Positions 17,860-26,913 of a DNA stretch of 64,000 nt are shown here, one piece after another. The position numbers and the translations under genes are program-made. The stretch's first letter is position 1. Each line of letters starts with the position of its first letter. Below the pieces are notes generated by a model. That model did not search any database. It saw nothing but the letters and a program-made list of their open reading frames with translations, and was not told the DNA's origin. This DNA is from a candidate division WOR-3 bacterium (GTDB lineage: Bacteria > Hydrothermota > Hydrothermia > JBDRYB01), in the NCBI GenBank assembly GCA_039803205.1, contig JBDRYB010000003.1, positions 80,885-144,884 of the forward strand, written 5' to 3'.

Positions 17860-19050
17860 ATGAAAACCAAAGAATTGGTCCTTGTATTCATTGTAGCCGC
17901 TATATTCAGGTTCACGGTGGTTGCCCCTGCCTTTTTTGACTCCACGAGGCCCCTCGGCCCTCCCCACCTTGACACCCACGAGTATTACGCTCTCAGCCAG
18001 AGCTTGAGCCATGGAGTTTATCGGATAGGCAACACGGATTGGGTTCTAAGGCCCCCTGGATACCCGGCCTTCCTCGCGCTCAATTGGCTCGTGTTTGGCC
18101 CCGATCCGAGATCTGCTGTCCTACTCCAGGTTCTCCTCGGGGGCGTTATGGCCGTTGTGGTTGCGATCTGGGCTTGTAGGCTCGCGGGGAGGAGGGAGGC
18201 CTTGGCCTCAGGCATACTCGCTGGCCTCGCTCCGGTCACGGGGCTTTTCTCCGGATTCCTGCTCACGGAGGCGCTTTTCACTACAAGCATCGCGCTCGGC
18301 CTCCTGTTTTTCAGGAGGGCCCCCGCGCTCTCCGGTTTCATCCTCGGGCTCTCAGCCCTAATAAGGCCGATGGGGATATACATCGCCTGCGCGCTTGCTC
18401 TCTTCCACCTCATTCGCAAGGATTGGGCAAAGGCCGGGTTTCTCACCTTATCATTCCTTCTTCCGGTTCTGCCGTGGCTCGCAAGGAACAAACTGATCCA
18501 CGGCAAAGCCCTTATTTCAACCCAGCACGAGGCAACGGTCTTTCTCTACGCGGCTCCCTACACGATGATGGAGGAGAGGGGAATCGGTTACGAGGAGGCT
18601 TTATCAGCGCTCAGAGACACGCTGGGATGCGATGACCTGTGGGCCGCGGCCCTCGATCCTGAGCTGGCCGGGGAGGTCTCCAAAAGGGGCATTGGCTATA
18701 TTCTTCGCCACCCGAAAGCGTATGCCCTCGCTCACCTGAAGGGCTTTGTGAGGTGTTTTTACGGGCTAGGTAGGGATTTCACGAGGATGCTTTGGAAAAA
18801 TGATCCGGCAGTCCTCATCATTGTTTCTTGGGGTTGGTTTTATGCCCTGGCCACATACATCCTCGCTTTACTCGGGTTCCTCAGGCTGAGGGAGAAGGGG
18901 CTCCTGCTGGCAGTGGTTGTATTTCTGTTGGTGTTCCTTCCTGGACCGGATGGCTCTTTTAGGTTCCGTTCCCCGGCTGAGCCCATCCTCGCAGTGGCCG
19001 CGGGGGTTGGGCTGGTATCCCTGGTGAACAGATTATCCCGGCCAGCCTGA
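17860..19050 (+). CDS. ArnT/PMT-like (GT-C) membrane glycosyltransferase
   Basis: DTHEY, RPPGYP, LLTEALF, LIRP and W..RN motifs. Many TM helices. Confidence 0.75.
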   Translation: MKTKELVLVFIVAAIFRFTVVAPAFFDSTRPLGPPHLDTHEYYALSQSLSHGVYRIGNTDWVLRPPGYPAFLALNWLVFGPDPRSAVLLQVLLGGVMAVVVAIWACRLAGRREALASGILAGLAPVTGLFSGFLLTEALFTTSIALGLLFFRRAPALSGFILGLSALIRPMGIYIACALALFHLIRKDWAKAGFLTLSFLLPVLPWLARNKLIHGKALISTQHEATVFLYAAPYTMMEERGIGYEEALSALRDTLGCDDLWAAALDPELAGEVSKRGIGYILRHPKAYALAHLKGFVRCFYGLGRDFTRMLWKNDPAVLIIVSWGWFYALATYILALLGFLRLREKGLLLAVVVFLLVFLPGPDGSFRFRSPAEPILAVAAGVGLVSLVNRLSRPA

Positions 19051-19095
19051 TCTCCTTCCTGGAGGAAAATACGAATTGAGGAGAACTGAGGCCCT

Positions 19096-20115
19096 TCATT
19101 TCTCCGTTTCCCAGAACCCCACGACCCTCGCGCCAGGGTAATAGAACTCCAGTATCCTCATGTAATCGTCCCCGGACTCCGCCCTGAGCATGGCCCCCCT
19201 CTGACAAAGCCCTATACCGTGCCCGTATCCCCTTCCCGCGATTATCGCGCTATCCGGCGTGCACTCCAGATTGGTTATCAGCGTGCTCCTGAGGCCGAGG
19301 CGCTTTCTGAACTCCGTTCCCTTCATCCTCACTCCCCCTACGGCAACCTGAGTTGCCCTCCCGGAGCTGTCTCTTTTCAGAACAGCGGGGCAATCTGTTG
19401 TTCCAAAGACCAGGCTCAGGGAATCAAGGCCAAAAGCCACCCTCCATGCCTGCGTCGTGTCAAGCACGCAAAAGGGATCAGGGCCATAGTATAAATAGGG
19501 CAGGTCATATCCTCCCCAAACCTGACTAGGCCTGGAAAGATGACCACCGCACGACCCGTGAAAGAAGACCTGGACCATACTCGGCCTCTTTTCGCCGTAG
19601 ACAATAACCTCGTTCCTGGTTGCCCTTACCGCGTCAAGGCACTCCTCGGTCAGCGGCCCTGTTCCCCTGTAGACCTGAAAGTCCTCATTATCAGCGAAAT
19701 GGCCCTTTGCCCTACTCATTCTCTCAAACGCCAGGGTCCTGGACAGGACAGCCTGGGCCTTGAGCGCCTGAAACGGCGCCTGACCCATCTCAGCCGCTAT
19801 GACCCCAGCGAGATACTCCTCCATTCTCAGGGAATTGACTATAAGAAGAGCGCCATGCTGGGCCCGTATTGTTATCTTTCCAGAATAGGTTCGGACAACG
19901 GTGCCCCCGTCCAGGGTTATCTCCTTGTCGTGAGGGCCCCAGACCACGAACTCAGGCGCGGTATCCCCGTTGATGAGGAGGTTGTTGGACGCGGCCTGGA
20001 TGAAATAGGCGCCCCCGGGGACCCTGAGGACGAGGGAGCTCACCGTCCTATCGGAGAACAGCGCGATCTCAACGAAAGAGGTGTCAGAAACCGCGAAAAG
20101 GGTTGCCAAGAACAC
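19096..20115 (-). CDS. SpoIID/LytB domain protein (lytic transglycosylase)
   Basis: EEYLAGVIAAEM, ALKAQAV..RT and GRGYGHGIGLCQRGA..IL.FYYPG motifs. Start placed at the GTG after TATAAT. Confidence 0.9.
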   Translation of the reverse strand: MFLATLFAVSDTSFVEIALFSDRTVSSLVLRVPGGAYFIQAASNNLLINGDTAPEFVVWGPHDKEITLDGGTVVRTYSGKITIRAQHGALLIVNSLRMEEYLAGVIAAEMGQAPFQALKAQAVLSRTLAFERMSRAKGHFADNEDFQVYRGTGPLTEECLDAVRATRNEVIVYGEKRPSMVQVFFHGSCGGHLSRPSQVWGGYDLPYLYYGPDPFCVLDTTQAWRVAFGLDSLSLVFGTTDCPAVLKRDSSGRATQVAVGGVRMKGTEFRKRLGLRSTLITNLECTPDSAIIAGRGYGHGIGLCQRGAMLRAESGDDYMRILEFYYPGARVVGFWETEK

Positions 20116-20176
20116 TGGAAGATTATAATGGGAAGGTGTAGCCTTGCGCTTGTTACTAGCTCGGTGGAGACGAGGT

Positions 20177-21307
20177 TTATGCCCCTCGCTTACCAATAGC
20201 CTTCCGGTAAAGCGTTAGGCTTTCTTTGAGCTCTGAAATGCTGTCCCCGCCGAACTTTGCAAGAACAGCATCAAGCAGAACGATCCCCAGGAGCCCCTGA
20301 GCGATTACGGCCGCGGCCGGGGCCGCGCATATGTCTGCCCTTTCCGAGAGGGCTGGCCCAGGCTCAAGGGTATCCACATCAAATGAGGGGAGGGGATCCC
20401 TTTGGGTCGGGATTGGTTTTACCCAGCATCTCACGAGAATGGGCTGGCCGTTTGTCATTCCCCCCTCTATACCTCCGGAGAGGTTGCTCGTCCTCTCAAC
20501 CCTGCCATCCCTTACAGAAAATCCATCCATCGCTTCCCGTCCTTCAAGCGTGGATTGCTTTATGCCTTCCCCGATCTCAATTGCCCTGACACCAGGGATT
20601 GACATGAGCCAGGCCGCTATCCTCCCATCCAGCCTCCTTTCGGGTTCCGTATAATCCCCAAGCCCTGGCGGGAGGCCAAGAGCCCCAACAACAAAGGCTC
20701 CACCAAGGGTTTTGCCCAATTCCCTTGCTTTTTCAATTGCCTCAAGGAATCCGATGCTCGCTTCCGGATCCGGAGATGATACCGTTGATTCCTCAGCGAG
20801 AACGAGCCTTGCTCCCAGGGATTCCGGGACCCTCGCGAAAACATCCCCTATCCGCTCAATGTATCGGAAAAGGACGATCCCCAATTCCCCGAGAACAACC
20901 GAAGCTATTGCCCCCAAAGCGGCAAGAGCCGCTGTTGACCTGGCTGATGCCCTTTCCCAGACATCCCTCGTGTCCCCAAAACCCCTCTTGAGGACCCCTG
21001 GCCAGTCAGCGTGGCCCGGCCTGGGATACCTTGCGGGCTCAGATTCCCACTTCTCGCGGGAGCGGTTCCTTATCAGCACTGTTATTGGGCTTCCGATGGT
21101 AAGCCCTTTTCTGACTCCGGATAATATCTCGCACTCATCGGTTTCCCTGTCCATCCTTTCGCTTCTTCCGGGCGCAAGCCGCCTCTGGGACAGGAAAGCC
21201 TTTATTGGGTCCTCCGAGAGCGGAACGCCGGATGGGATCCCTGAGATGATCCCTATAATCCCAGGGCCGTGGGACTCTCCAGCGGTCGCTATTTTCAGCC
21301 TCTCCAT
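20177..21307 (-). CDS. aroC: Chorismate synthase
   Basis: TAGESHG, RPGHAD, ERASAR, GGIEGGMTNG and KPIPT motifs. Confidence 0.95.
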   Translation of the reverse strand: MERLKIATAGESHGPGIIGIISGIPSGVPLSEDPIKAFLSQRRLAPGRSERMDRETDECEILSGVRKGLTIGSPITVLIRNRSREKWESEPARYPRPGHADWPGVLKRGFGDTRDVWERASARSTAALAALGAIASVVLGELGIVLFRYIERIGDVFARVPESLGARLVLAEESTVSSPDPEASIGFLEAIEKARELGKTLGGAFVVGALGLPPGLGDYTEPERRLDGRIAAWLMSIPGVRAIEIGEGIKQSTLEGREAMDGFSVRDGRVERTSNLSGGIEGGMTNGQPILVRCWVKPIPTQRDPLPSFDVDTLEPGPALSERADICAAPAAAVIAQGLLGIVLLDAVLAKFGGDSISELKESLTLYRKAIGKRGA

Positions 21308-21963
21308 GGCGAGAACGGGTAAAGGCCCATGGCCTTGCGTATTATCCAGAAGGGAAGGCTCAGAACGAGGCCCGCGAGGAAACCGCCAGCGTGAGCGAGA
21401 TACGCTATTCCAGCGCCGCCCTGAGCCGAGGTGAACCAAGCGTTCAAAATCTGGAATCCGATCCAGAATAGGAGATATACGAATGAGGGTATGGCCGCGA
21501 GCCCCCCATAGAAGGTAAAGGTGAGTATCCTTGAACGGGGAAAGAAAATGAGGTAAGCGCCGAGAACTCCGGATATCGCGCCGGACGCCCCAACAAGAGG
21601 GATGGAGGAGTCCGGAAACAGGAGCGCGTGAGCGAAAACAGCGGCAACTCCTGAAAGCACATAGAATACCGGATAAAAAACCTTACCGAGGACATCCTCC
21701 ACATTGTCCCCGAATATCCAGAGGTAAAGCATATTGCCTATTATGTGCATGAGGTTAGCGTGCATGAACATGGAGGAAAAGACGGTCTGCCAATCGTAAA
21801 AAGCGAAGAACCTCCTCGGCACAAACCCCCACTCCTCTATGAACTCCCCGAAGCCAGCTGGGCTGAAGAACTGATAGGCGAAGACCCCTATGTTGATCAG
21901 AATAAGGATAACGGTCCAGATGGGGAACCTGCGATGGCGTTGTTCATCCTTTATGGGTAGCAT
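21295..21963 (-). CDS. Rhomboid intramembrane serine protease
   Basis: SMFMH...H..GNM, GASGAISG and AHAGG motifs. Confidence 0.93.
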   Translation of the reverse strand: MLPIKDEQRHRRFPIWTVILILINIGVFAYQFFSPAGFGEFIEEWGFVPRRFFAFYDWQTVFSSMFMHANLMHIIGNMLYLWIFGDNVEDVLGKVFYPVFYVLSGVAAVFAHALLFPDSSIPLVGASGAISGVLGAYLIFFPRSRILTFTFYGGLAAIPSFVYLLFWIGFQILNAWFTSAQGGAGIAYLAHAGGFLAGLVLSLPFWIIRKAMGLYPFSPWRG

Positions 21964-21983
21964 TCCGAAAATTATAATGTTTG

Positions 21984-22055
21984 CTGGGGCGGAAGGACTC
22001 GAACCTCCATACCGGGATCCAAAGTCCCGTGTCCTGCCTGTTGGACGACGCCCCA
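21984..22055 (-). tRNA. tRNA-Gln (UUG), CCA not encoded
   Basis: Cloverleaf with acceptor TGGGGCG/CGCCCCA, anticodon arm CGGGA-CT TTG GA-TCCCG and T-loop GGTTCGAGTCC. Confidence 0.95.
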
Positions 22056-22132
22056 GGAAGAGGTTAATTATAAACGGACAGCCCGCTGATAAACCATTTG
22101 AATCATAACTGACCAGATAGCGAACTCGTGCC

Positions 22133-23428
22133 TCAGATAGCCCCGAGTATCAACCGAGCGCCGCTCCGCCTGTGGGGCGAGATACGGGCCGCGCGCTCAA
22201 GCCTCTCAAGGGCTGGTTCCAAGCTCCTTGGATCGTTGAGCTTCAAGGTGAAAAGGGCATCCCCAGCCGCAACGCTATCGCCAACCTTCTTGTGAACAAT
22301 TACGCCGACTTTGTGATCTATCGCGTCCTCTACCCTCTGTCTCCCGGCACCGAGAATGGTAGCCCCCACACCAACCTCATAAGCGTCAACGCTTGCCATG
22401 AAGCCAGATGAAGAAGCCCTCAGATCGTATTCTATGGCTGTATGAGTGAATTCATCCCGCCCAATAGCACAGAAATCCCCTCCGTGGGCCTCCACCATCT
22501 GCCTGAACCTCTCAAGCGCACTGCCATCATCAAGCTTGTGGTTCAAAAGCCCTCTCGCCTCATCAAGCCCTGCTATCCCTGCCACCTCAAGCATTTGTGC
22601 TGACAATTCAACGGAGAGCTCTCTGACATCAGGAGGCCCCTTGCCAGAAAGGACCTCTACTGCCTCTTTTACCTCAAGCGCGTTGCCCACAGCCCGGCCA
22701 AGGGGTTCATCCATAGCGGTTATCAGGGCCCTGAACGCTTTCCCTTTTGCCTTCAAAACATCCCTTATTGAAGTGGCGAGCGCAACGGCCTCGTTTTCCG
22801 TCTTCATGAAAGCCCCGCGGCCGCACTTCACATCAAGGACGAGGCCAGAGATCCCCTCAGAGAGCTTCTTTGAGGCTATTGAAGCGGTAATAAGCGGAAT
22901 GCTTTCAACTGTTCCGGTGGCATCGCGGAGCGCGTAGAGCTTTCTGTCAGCGGGGGCGATTTCATCCGTTTGCCCCATTATTGAACAACCAACCGAGAGG
23001 ACGATCCTCCTGAAATCCTCAAGGGGGAGCTTAGCGTTGTAGCCCGGAATGGACTCAAGCTTGTCAAGGGTTCCGCCCGTGTGGCCGAGGCTCCTGCCTG
23101 AGAGCATGGGAACCCGGACCCCGCAAGAAGCGACCAGGGGCGCGAGTATGAGGCTTATCTTGTCCCCGACCCCTCCCGTTGAGTGCTTATCCATGTAGAT
23201 ACCCTCTGGCCACTTAAGCGTGCGGCCTGAGGCCACCATTGCATCCGTGAGGTAAAGGGTCTCCTCAGGGGTCATTCCCCTTATGAATATTGCCATGAGA
23301 AGGGCTGATGCCTGGTAATCCGGAATGTTTCCGGCGCCGAGCTCACAGACGAACCAATCTATCTCCTTTCGGCTGAGGGCGAGCCCGTCCCGCTTTTTCG
23401 CTATGATCTCAGTGGCTATAAGACCCAA
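22133..23428 (-). CDS. pdp: Pyrimidine-nucleoside/thymidine phosphorylase
   Basis: KKRDG, DKHSTGGVGDK, SGRSLGHTGGTLDKLE and LYALRDAT motifs. Confidence 0.95.
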   Translation of the reverse strand: MGLIATEIIAKKRDGLALSRKEIDWFVCELGAGNIPDYQASALLMAIFIRGMTPEETLYLTDAMVASGRTLKWPEGIYMDKHSTGGVGDKISLILAPLVASCGVRVPMLSGRSLGHTGGTLDKLESIPGYNAKLPLEDFRRIVLSVGCSIMGQTDEIAPADRKLYALRDATGTVESIPLITASIASKKLSEGISGLVLDVKCGRGAFMKTENEAVALATSIRDVLKAKGKAFRALITAMDEPLGRAVGNALEVKEAVEVLSGKGPPDVRELSVELSAQMLEVAGIAGLDEARGLLNHKLDDGSALERFRQMVEAHGGDFCAIGRDEFTHTAIEYDLRASSSGFMASVDAYEVGVGATILGAGRQRVEDAIDHKVGVIVHKKVGDSVAAGDALFTLKLNDPRSLEPALERLERAARISPHRRSGARLILGAI

Positions 23429-23429
23429 A

Positions 23430-23792
23430 CTATTCCCTGATCTTTATTGAATAGCCTATCGCTCCCTTTATGACCGATGAGATATATTCCTCTGGGGACG
23501 AGGCATCCATGCCCCTCATGGGAATGAACACGACTATTGGCGAAACAGACTCAAAAACCCGAGCAGAGAGCCTTGGGGAAAGGTGTCCCGCAAGGGATTC
23601 CTCAACTAGCACGAGACCCCATTTCCCAGCGTTCATGACATCACCGAGGAGCTCCTCAATCTGGCCCGGCTCAGCCGAGAGGGTGTCCGCGCCGGCTATC
23701 TGGAAGCCGGGAAGGTATTCCGGAGGCGCAATTACAAGGACTTTCCTCCCTCCGGATGGGCTGGGGGTTTGTTCCATATAGCCTTCAACCAT
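23430..23792 (-). CDS. V/A-type ATP synthase subunit F
   Basis: GFQIAG and P.VVFIP...I..VIKGAIG motifs, size about 120 aa. Confidence 0.75.
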   Translation of the reverse strand: MVEGYMEQTPSPSGGRKVLVIAPPEYLPGFQIAGADTLSAEPGQIEELLGDVMNAGKWGLVLVEESLAGHLSPRLSARVFESVSPIVVFIPMRGMDASSPEEYISSVIKGAIGYSIKIRE

Positions 23793-23819
23793 GGAGAAAT
23801 TTTAAGCCTGCGGCATGGG

Positions 23820-24108
23820 AGGATTCAAACCCTTTCGCTTGCCATGAGCTCTCACATACTCCAGAAACAGGTTCTGATGCAGGATAGCCTGGCGTATTCT
23901 CCTCGCGATCGTTCAAGACACAGGAGTGCCTTGGTGAAGACGCTATACCTCCTCTCGTAGCTCGTGAGGCTGGATATGAAGGTGGAGAATGAGGAAAGCG
24001 CAAGCGAGGAATATGGCCTTTATCACTCCCTTGAGATGCTCAAGTCCCTCGTATGTCTTTGAGGACTTGAGTGTCTCCTCAACGAGGAACCTCCTTGCTT
24101 GATATTTG
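23820..24108 (-). pseudogene. Degenerate IS4-superfamily DDE transposase fragment
   Basis: Minus-strand reading KYQARRFLVEETLKSSKTYEGLEHL resembles the Y..RW.IE..F..K...GLE signature. Reading frame broken; bounds approximate. Confidence 0.5.
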
Positions 24109-24169
24109 TGGAGAAAGGGTCATATTTTTTCTCCTTTCCCGGCCCTTCCTCCTTGGGGCCGGGATTATA

Positions 24170-24252
24170 CCCAACTTTGACACCTCATTTTCTCAGCGGA
24201 TCACGCCCCAAGGAGTTGGCACCACGATCAGTTGGCCTATACCCTGAATATC
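24170..24252. repeat. IS-end remnant, copy 1
   Basis: CCCAACTTTGACACCTCATTTTCTCA...GCCCCAAGGAGTTGGC...GGCCTATACCCTGAATATC, shared with 31127-31218. Confidence 0.8.
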
Positions 24253-24379
24253 CTCTGGAGTTCTGTATTTCCAGGGCCTTGAATATCATTCGGGAAAGAC
24301 CCCGTTTATCGGAAAGACAAGCTCCGCGATCCGGCCCCAATTCGGCCTCTGAGGGCCAAACCCTTATCTGGCGAGGGTC

Positions 24380-25849
24380 TTAGGCCTTATACGCCCACTC
24401 CCTCAGGAACCTCTCCGCCCTCTCCAGCTCCGGGACCAGGAACCTGTCTCCCGTGCCTGGCCTCACATCCTCAAGGTATTTCTCGTATAGCTCAGAGAGC
24501 CTGCCCTTTGGCTTCTTTCCGGACAATCTGAGGGCTTCTGCCGCGGCCAGCATCTCCCCAGCGAGAATCCTCCAAGCGTTCCTCGCTATCTCCCTTGCCT
24601 TGAGAACAGCGTTCGCTGACATGGGAACCATATCCTCCTGGCCCCCTGATGTTGGTATGGAATCAACTGAAGCAGGGTGCGAGAGGGTTTTGCTCAGGGA
24701 AACCAAAGAGGCCTGGGCGGTCTGAAGGAGCATTAGTCCGGATTGTAGGCCGGGGTTCTCGGAGAGAAACAGCGGCAGTCCCCCTCTTCCCGATAGCAGA
24801 AGGAATGTCCGTCTTTCGGAAACAGAGGCAAGGGTCGCAAGGCATATGGACACGATATCCCCTCCAAGAGCGAGGTGCTGAGCGTGGAAGTTGCCGCATG
24901 AATAGACATTATTGCCAACCACGAGAGGGTTGTCGGTCGCCGAGTTTATCTCCACCGAGAGGATGCCCTTCACAAAAGCAATCCCATCCCTAGCCGCTCC
25001 ATGAACTTGGGGCATGCATCTGAGGGAATAGGGGTCCTGGACATCTGGTCCGGGCTGAAGATCCCTCGTCAGCTCAAAGATCTTCTCACCCGATGCCACC
25101 TGGCCGGGATGCGGCCTCAGCTTCATTACATCGGGGTGAAACTGATCGGGCCTCGTGCCGGCCGCCCAAAATGTGAGCGCGCCAACGACATCAGCCGCAT
25201 CCAAAAGCCTTTCTGCCTCAGAGAGGAGAACCGCTAGTAGCCCCGCGGTGAACTGGGTTCCGTTTATGAGAGCGAGGGCCTCGCGCGCTTCAAGCGTGAG
25301 CGGTTCCATTCCCCTTTCCTTGAAAGCGATCGTGGACGAAACCCTCCTGCCACCAGAAACAATAACCTCTCCCTCTCCGATCAGGGCAAGCGCCATGTGA
25401 GCGAGGGGCGCGAGGTCCCCTGAGGCGCCCACAGAACCAAGGGAAGGTATGACAGGGAGGAGATCCCTATTGAGCATCTCCAGAAGGAATTCCACCACCT
25501 CAGGCCTTATGCCGGAGTGGCCTTTGGCTAGGGCGTTGGCCCGCAGGAGCACCACAGCCCTCGTCTCCTCCGGGGTTATTGGTTCGCCGCATCCAACCGC
25601 GTGGCTACGGATGATGTTGAGCTGAAACTGACGGAGCTCGCTGGGCCTGAGGACCACATGGGCTAGCTTGCCAAGCCCTGTGTTGAATCCGTAAACGGCC
25701 CTTTTTTTTGCCGCAGATTCAAGGGCCTGCCTGGACCGGAGGAGACGCTCGCGAGAGCTTGGGCTCAAAGAGACCTTCACACCGCCACCGGCAACCCTTA
25801 ATACATCTTCAAAGGAAAGGGAGTTTCCGTCAATGCAGATCTCTTCCAT
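24380..25849 (-). CDS. hutH: Histidine ammonia-lyase
   Basis: YGFNTGLG, GSVGASGDLAPL (MIO-forming ASG), NGTQ, QDPYSLRC and NSATDNP motifs. Confidence 0.93.
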   Translation of the reverse strand: MEEICIDGNSLSFEDVLRVAGGGVKVSLSPSSRERLLRSRQALESAAKKRAVYGFNTGLGKLAHVVLRPSELRQFQLNIIRSHAVGCGEPITPEETRAVVLLRANALAKGHSGIRPEVVEFLLEMLNRDLLPVIPSLGSVGASGDLAPLAHMALALIGEGEVIVSGGRRVSSTIAFKERGMEPLTLEAREALALINGTQFTAGLLAVLLSEAERLLDAADVVGALTFWAAGTRPDQFHPDVMKLRPHPGQVASGEKIFELTRDLQPGPDVQDPYSLRCMPQVHGAARDGIAFVKGILSVEINSATDNPLVVGNNVYSCGNFHAQHLALGGDIVSICLATLASVSERRTFLLLSGRGGLPLFLSENPGLQSGLMLLQTAQASLVSLSKTLSHPASVDSIPTSGGQEDMVPMSANAVLKAREIARNAWRILAGEMLAAAEALRLSGKKPKGRLSELYEKYLEDVRPGTGDRFLVPELERAERFLREWAYKA

Positions 25850-25885
25850 AAGCGGGAAAATTATATCACCTAAGGGCAGGCCGTA

Positions 25886-26815
25886 TCACTTTGGCTTATA
25901 CCTATAGAGGGCTTCAAGCGCTATGACAGTCGTCAGCTCCGGACTACCAAAGCAGTAGCCCTTCTTTATGTAAAAAGCGAATCCAGGCCAAGAACCATCA
26001 TCCCTCTGAGAAGCTGTGAGGCTTGATATCGCATCATCCAGCTCCGGCCCATCGTATCCGAGATTAATAAGGGTGTTTGCCGCCAGGGCGATGTTCAGAG
26101 GACTTCCGTATGGTCTGAGCGATAGGGTTTTGGCAAGGATGACCTTTGACCACTCTGCCCTTAAGGAGTCCGGAATGGCCCCTGGCTCATCCCTGATAAG
26201 CCTGCTCATTGTGTAATAAAAAGCAAGGGGTGACCAGCAATAATGAAGCGATGGGTCTCTGACCTGGCTGTCCATGAACCCCAAAAACCTCTCGTCCCTG
26301 TATCCCAGATGAAAGAGCCACCTGGCAACATTTGAGTTGACCTCAGCGTCAATGTCGTTGGCTTTTGCGCCCTTTGTCATCCAGGTGAAGAACCCGCCTG
26401 AGCTGTCCTGCCAAGCCAGAAGCGCATCCTTGTTATCAAGTTCATAACCGAAAAGCGCTAGCTCGTATGAAATAGCCGAAACATCATCCGCGTCGGGCTC
26501 GCATGACCTTCTCAGCGGATAGTATTTGAAAAGGTCTCCGGGCAATCTCCGTTCATAGAGCCGTGCCGCGGCCTTGACTGAGGCCTCTTTCAGCTCAGCG
26601 GAGGATGAGAACCTTGCCGTGTTGAGAAGAAAGCTCGTGCCGAAATCCGTTGTATCAAGCCATGCCTCTCTCAGAAAGCTGTCCGATTGGACCGAGCGGA
26701 GAACCGGGAGCCTAAGGGAATCTCCGAGGCTAGAAAGAACAAAGGCCTCCCCTTTTGCTATTGCGATGAAAAGACTGCCAGGGAAGGAAAGAAGAACAAA
26801 TCCCAAGATCGTCAT
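25886..26815 (-). CDS. Hypothetical exported protein with prenyltransferase/terpene-cyclase-like alpha-barrel repeat
   Basis: DADD, DIDAEVNSN, QW-like QRDDGSW and GSPELTT..ALEAL motifs. Confidence 0.55.
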   Translation of the reverse strand: MTILGFVLLSFPGSLFIAIAKGEAFVLSSLGDSLRLPVLRSVQSDSFLREAWLDTTDFGTSFLLNTARFSSSAELKEASVKAAARLYERRLPGDLFKYYPLRRSCEPDADDVSAISYELALFGYELDNKDALLAWQDSSGGFFTWMTKGAKANDIDAEVNSNVARWLFHLGYRDERFLGFMDSQVRDPSLHYCWSPLAFYYTMSRLIRDEPGAIPDSLRAEWSKVILAKTLSLRPYGSPLNIALAANTLINLGYDGPELDDAISSLTASQRDDGSWPGFAFYIKKGYCFGSPELTTVIALEALYRYKPK

Positions 26816-26913
26816 CTTGAAAATTATAGGATGGAACTGAGACGCTTGGCAAAGATTTTAACGCTCCGACCTCAGGTCCCTGGTTGGGCCAGGCTGATCC
26901 TTTTTCTAGATGT

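Noticed and set aside
17776..18012. N-terminal extensions in the ORF track (ferritin-like protein, also aroC, ugd, fba, SpoIID)
   Set aside because: The extensions overlap neighbouring genes or promoters. Downstream starts fit family N-termini and -10/RBS signals better.
20712..21434. Long antisense or shadow ORFs (e.g. 20712-21434, 40239-40913, 19540-20199, 9884-10537)
   Set aside because: They overlap well-supported genes and have Ser/Pro/Arg-rich, non-protein-like composition.
21984..22055. tRNA-Gln as an integration site
   Set aside because: No duplicated tRNA 3' end or adjacent integrase was noticed in the window.
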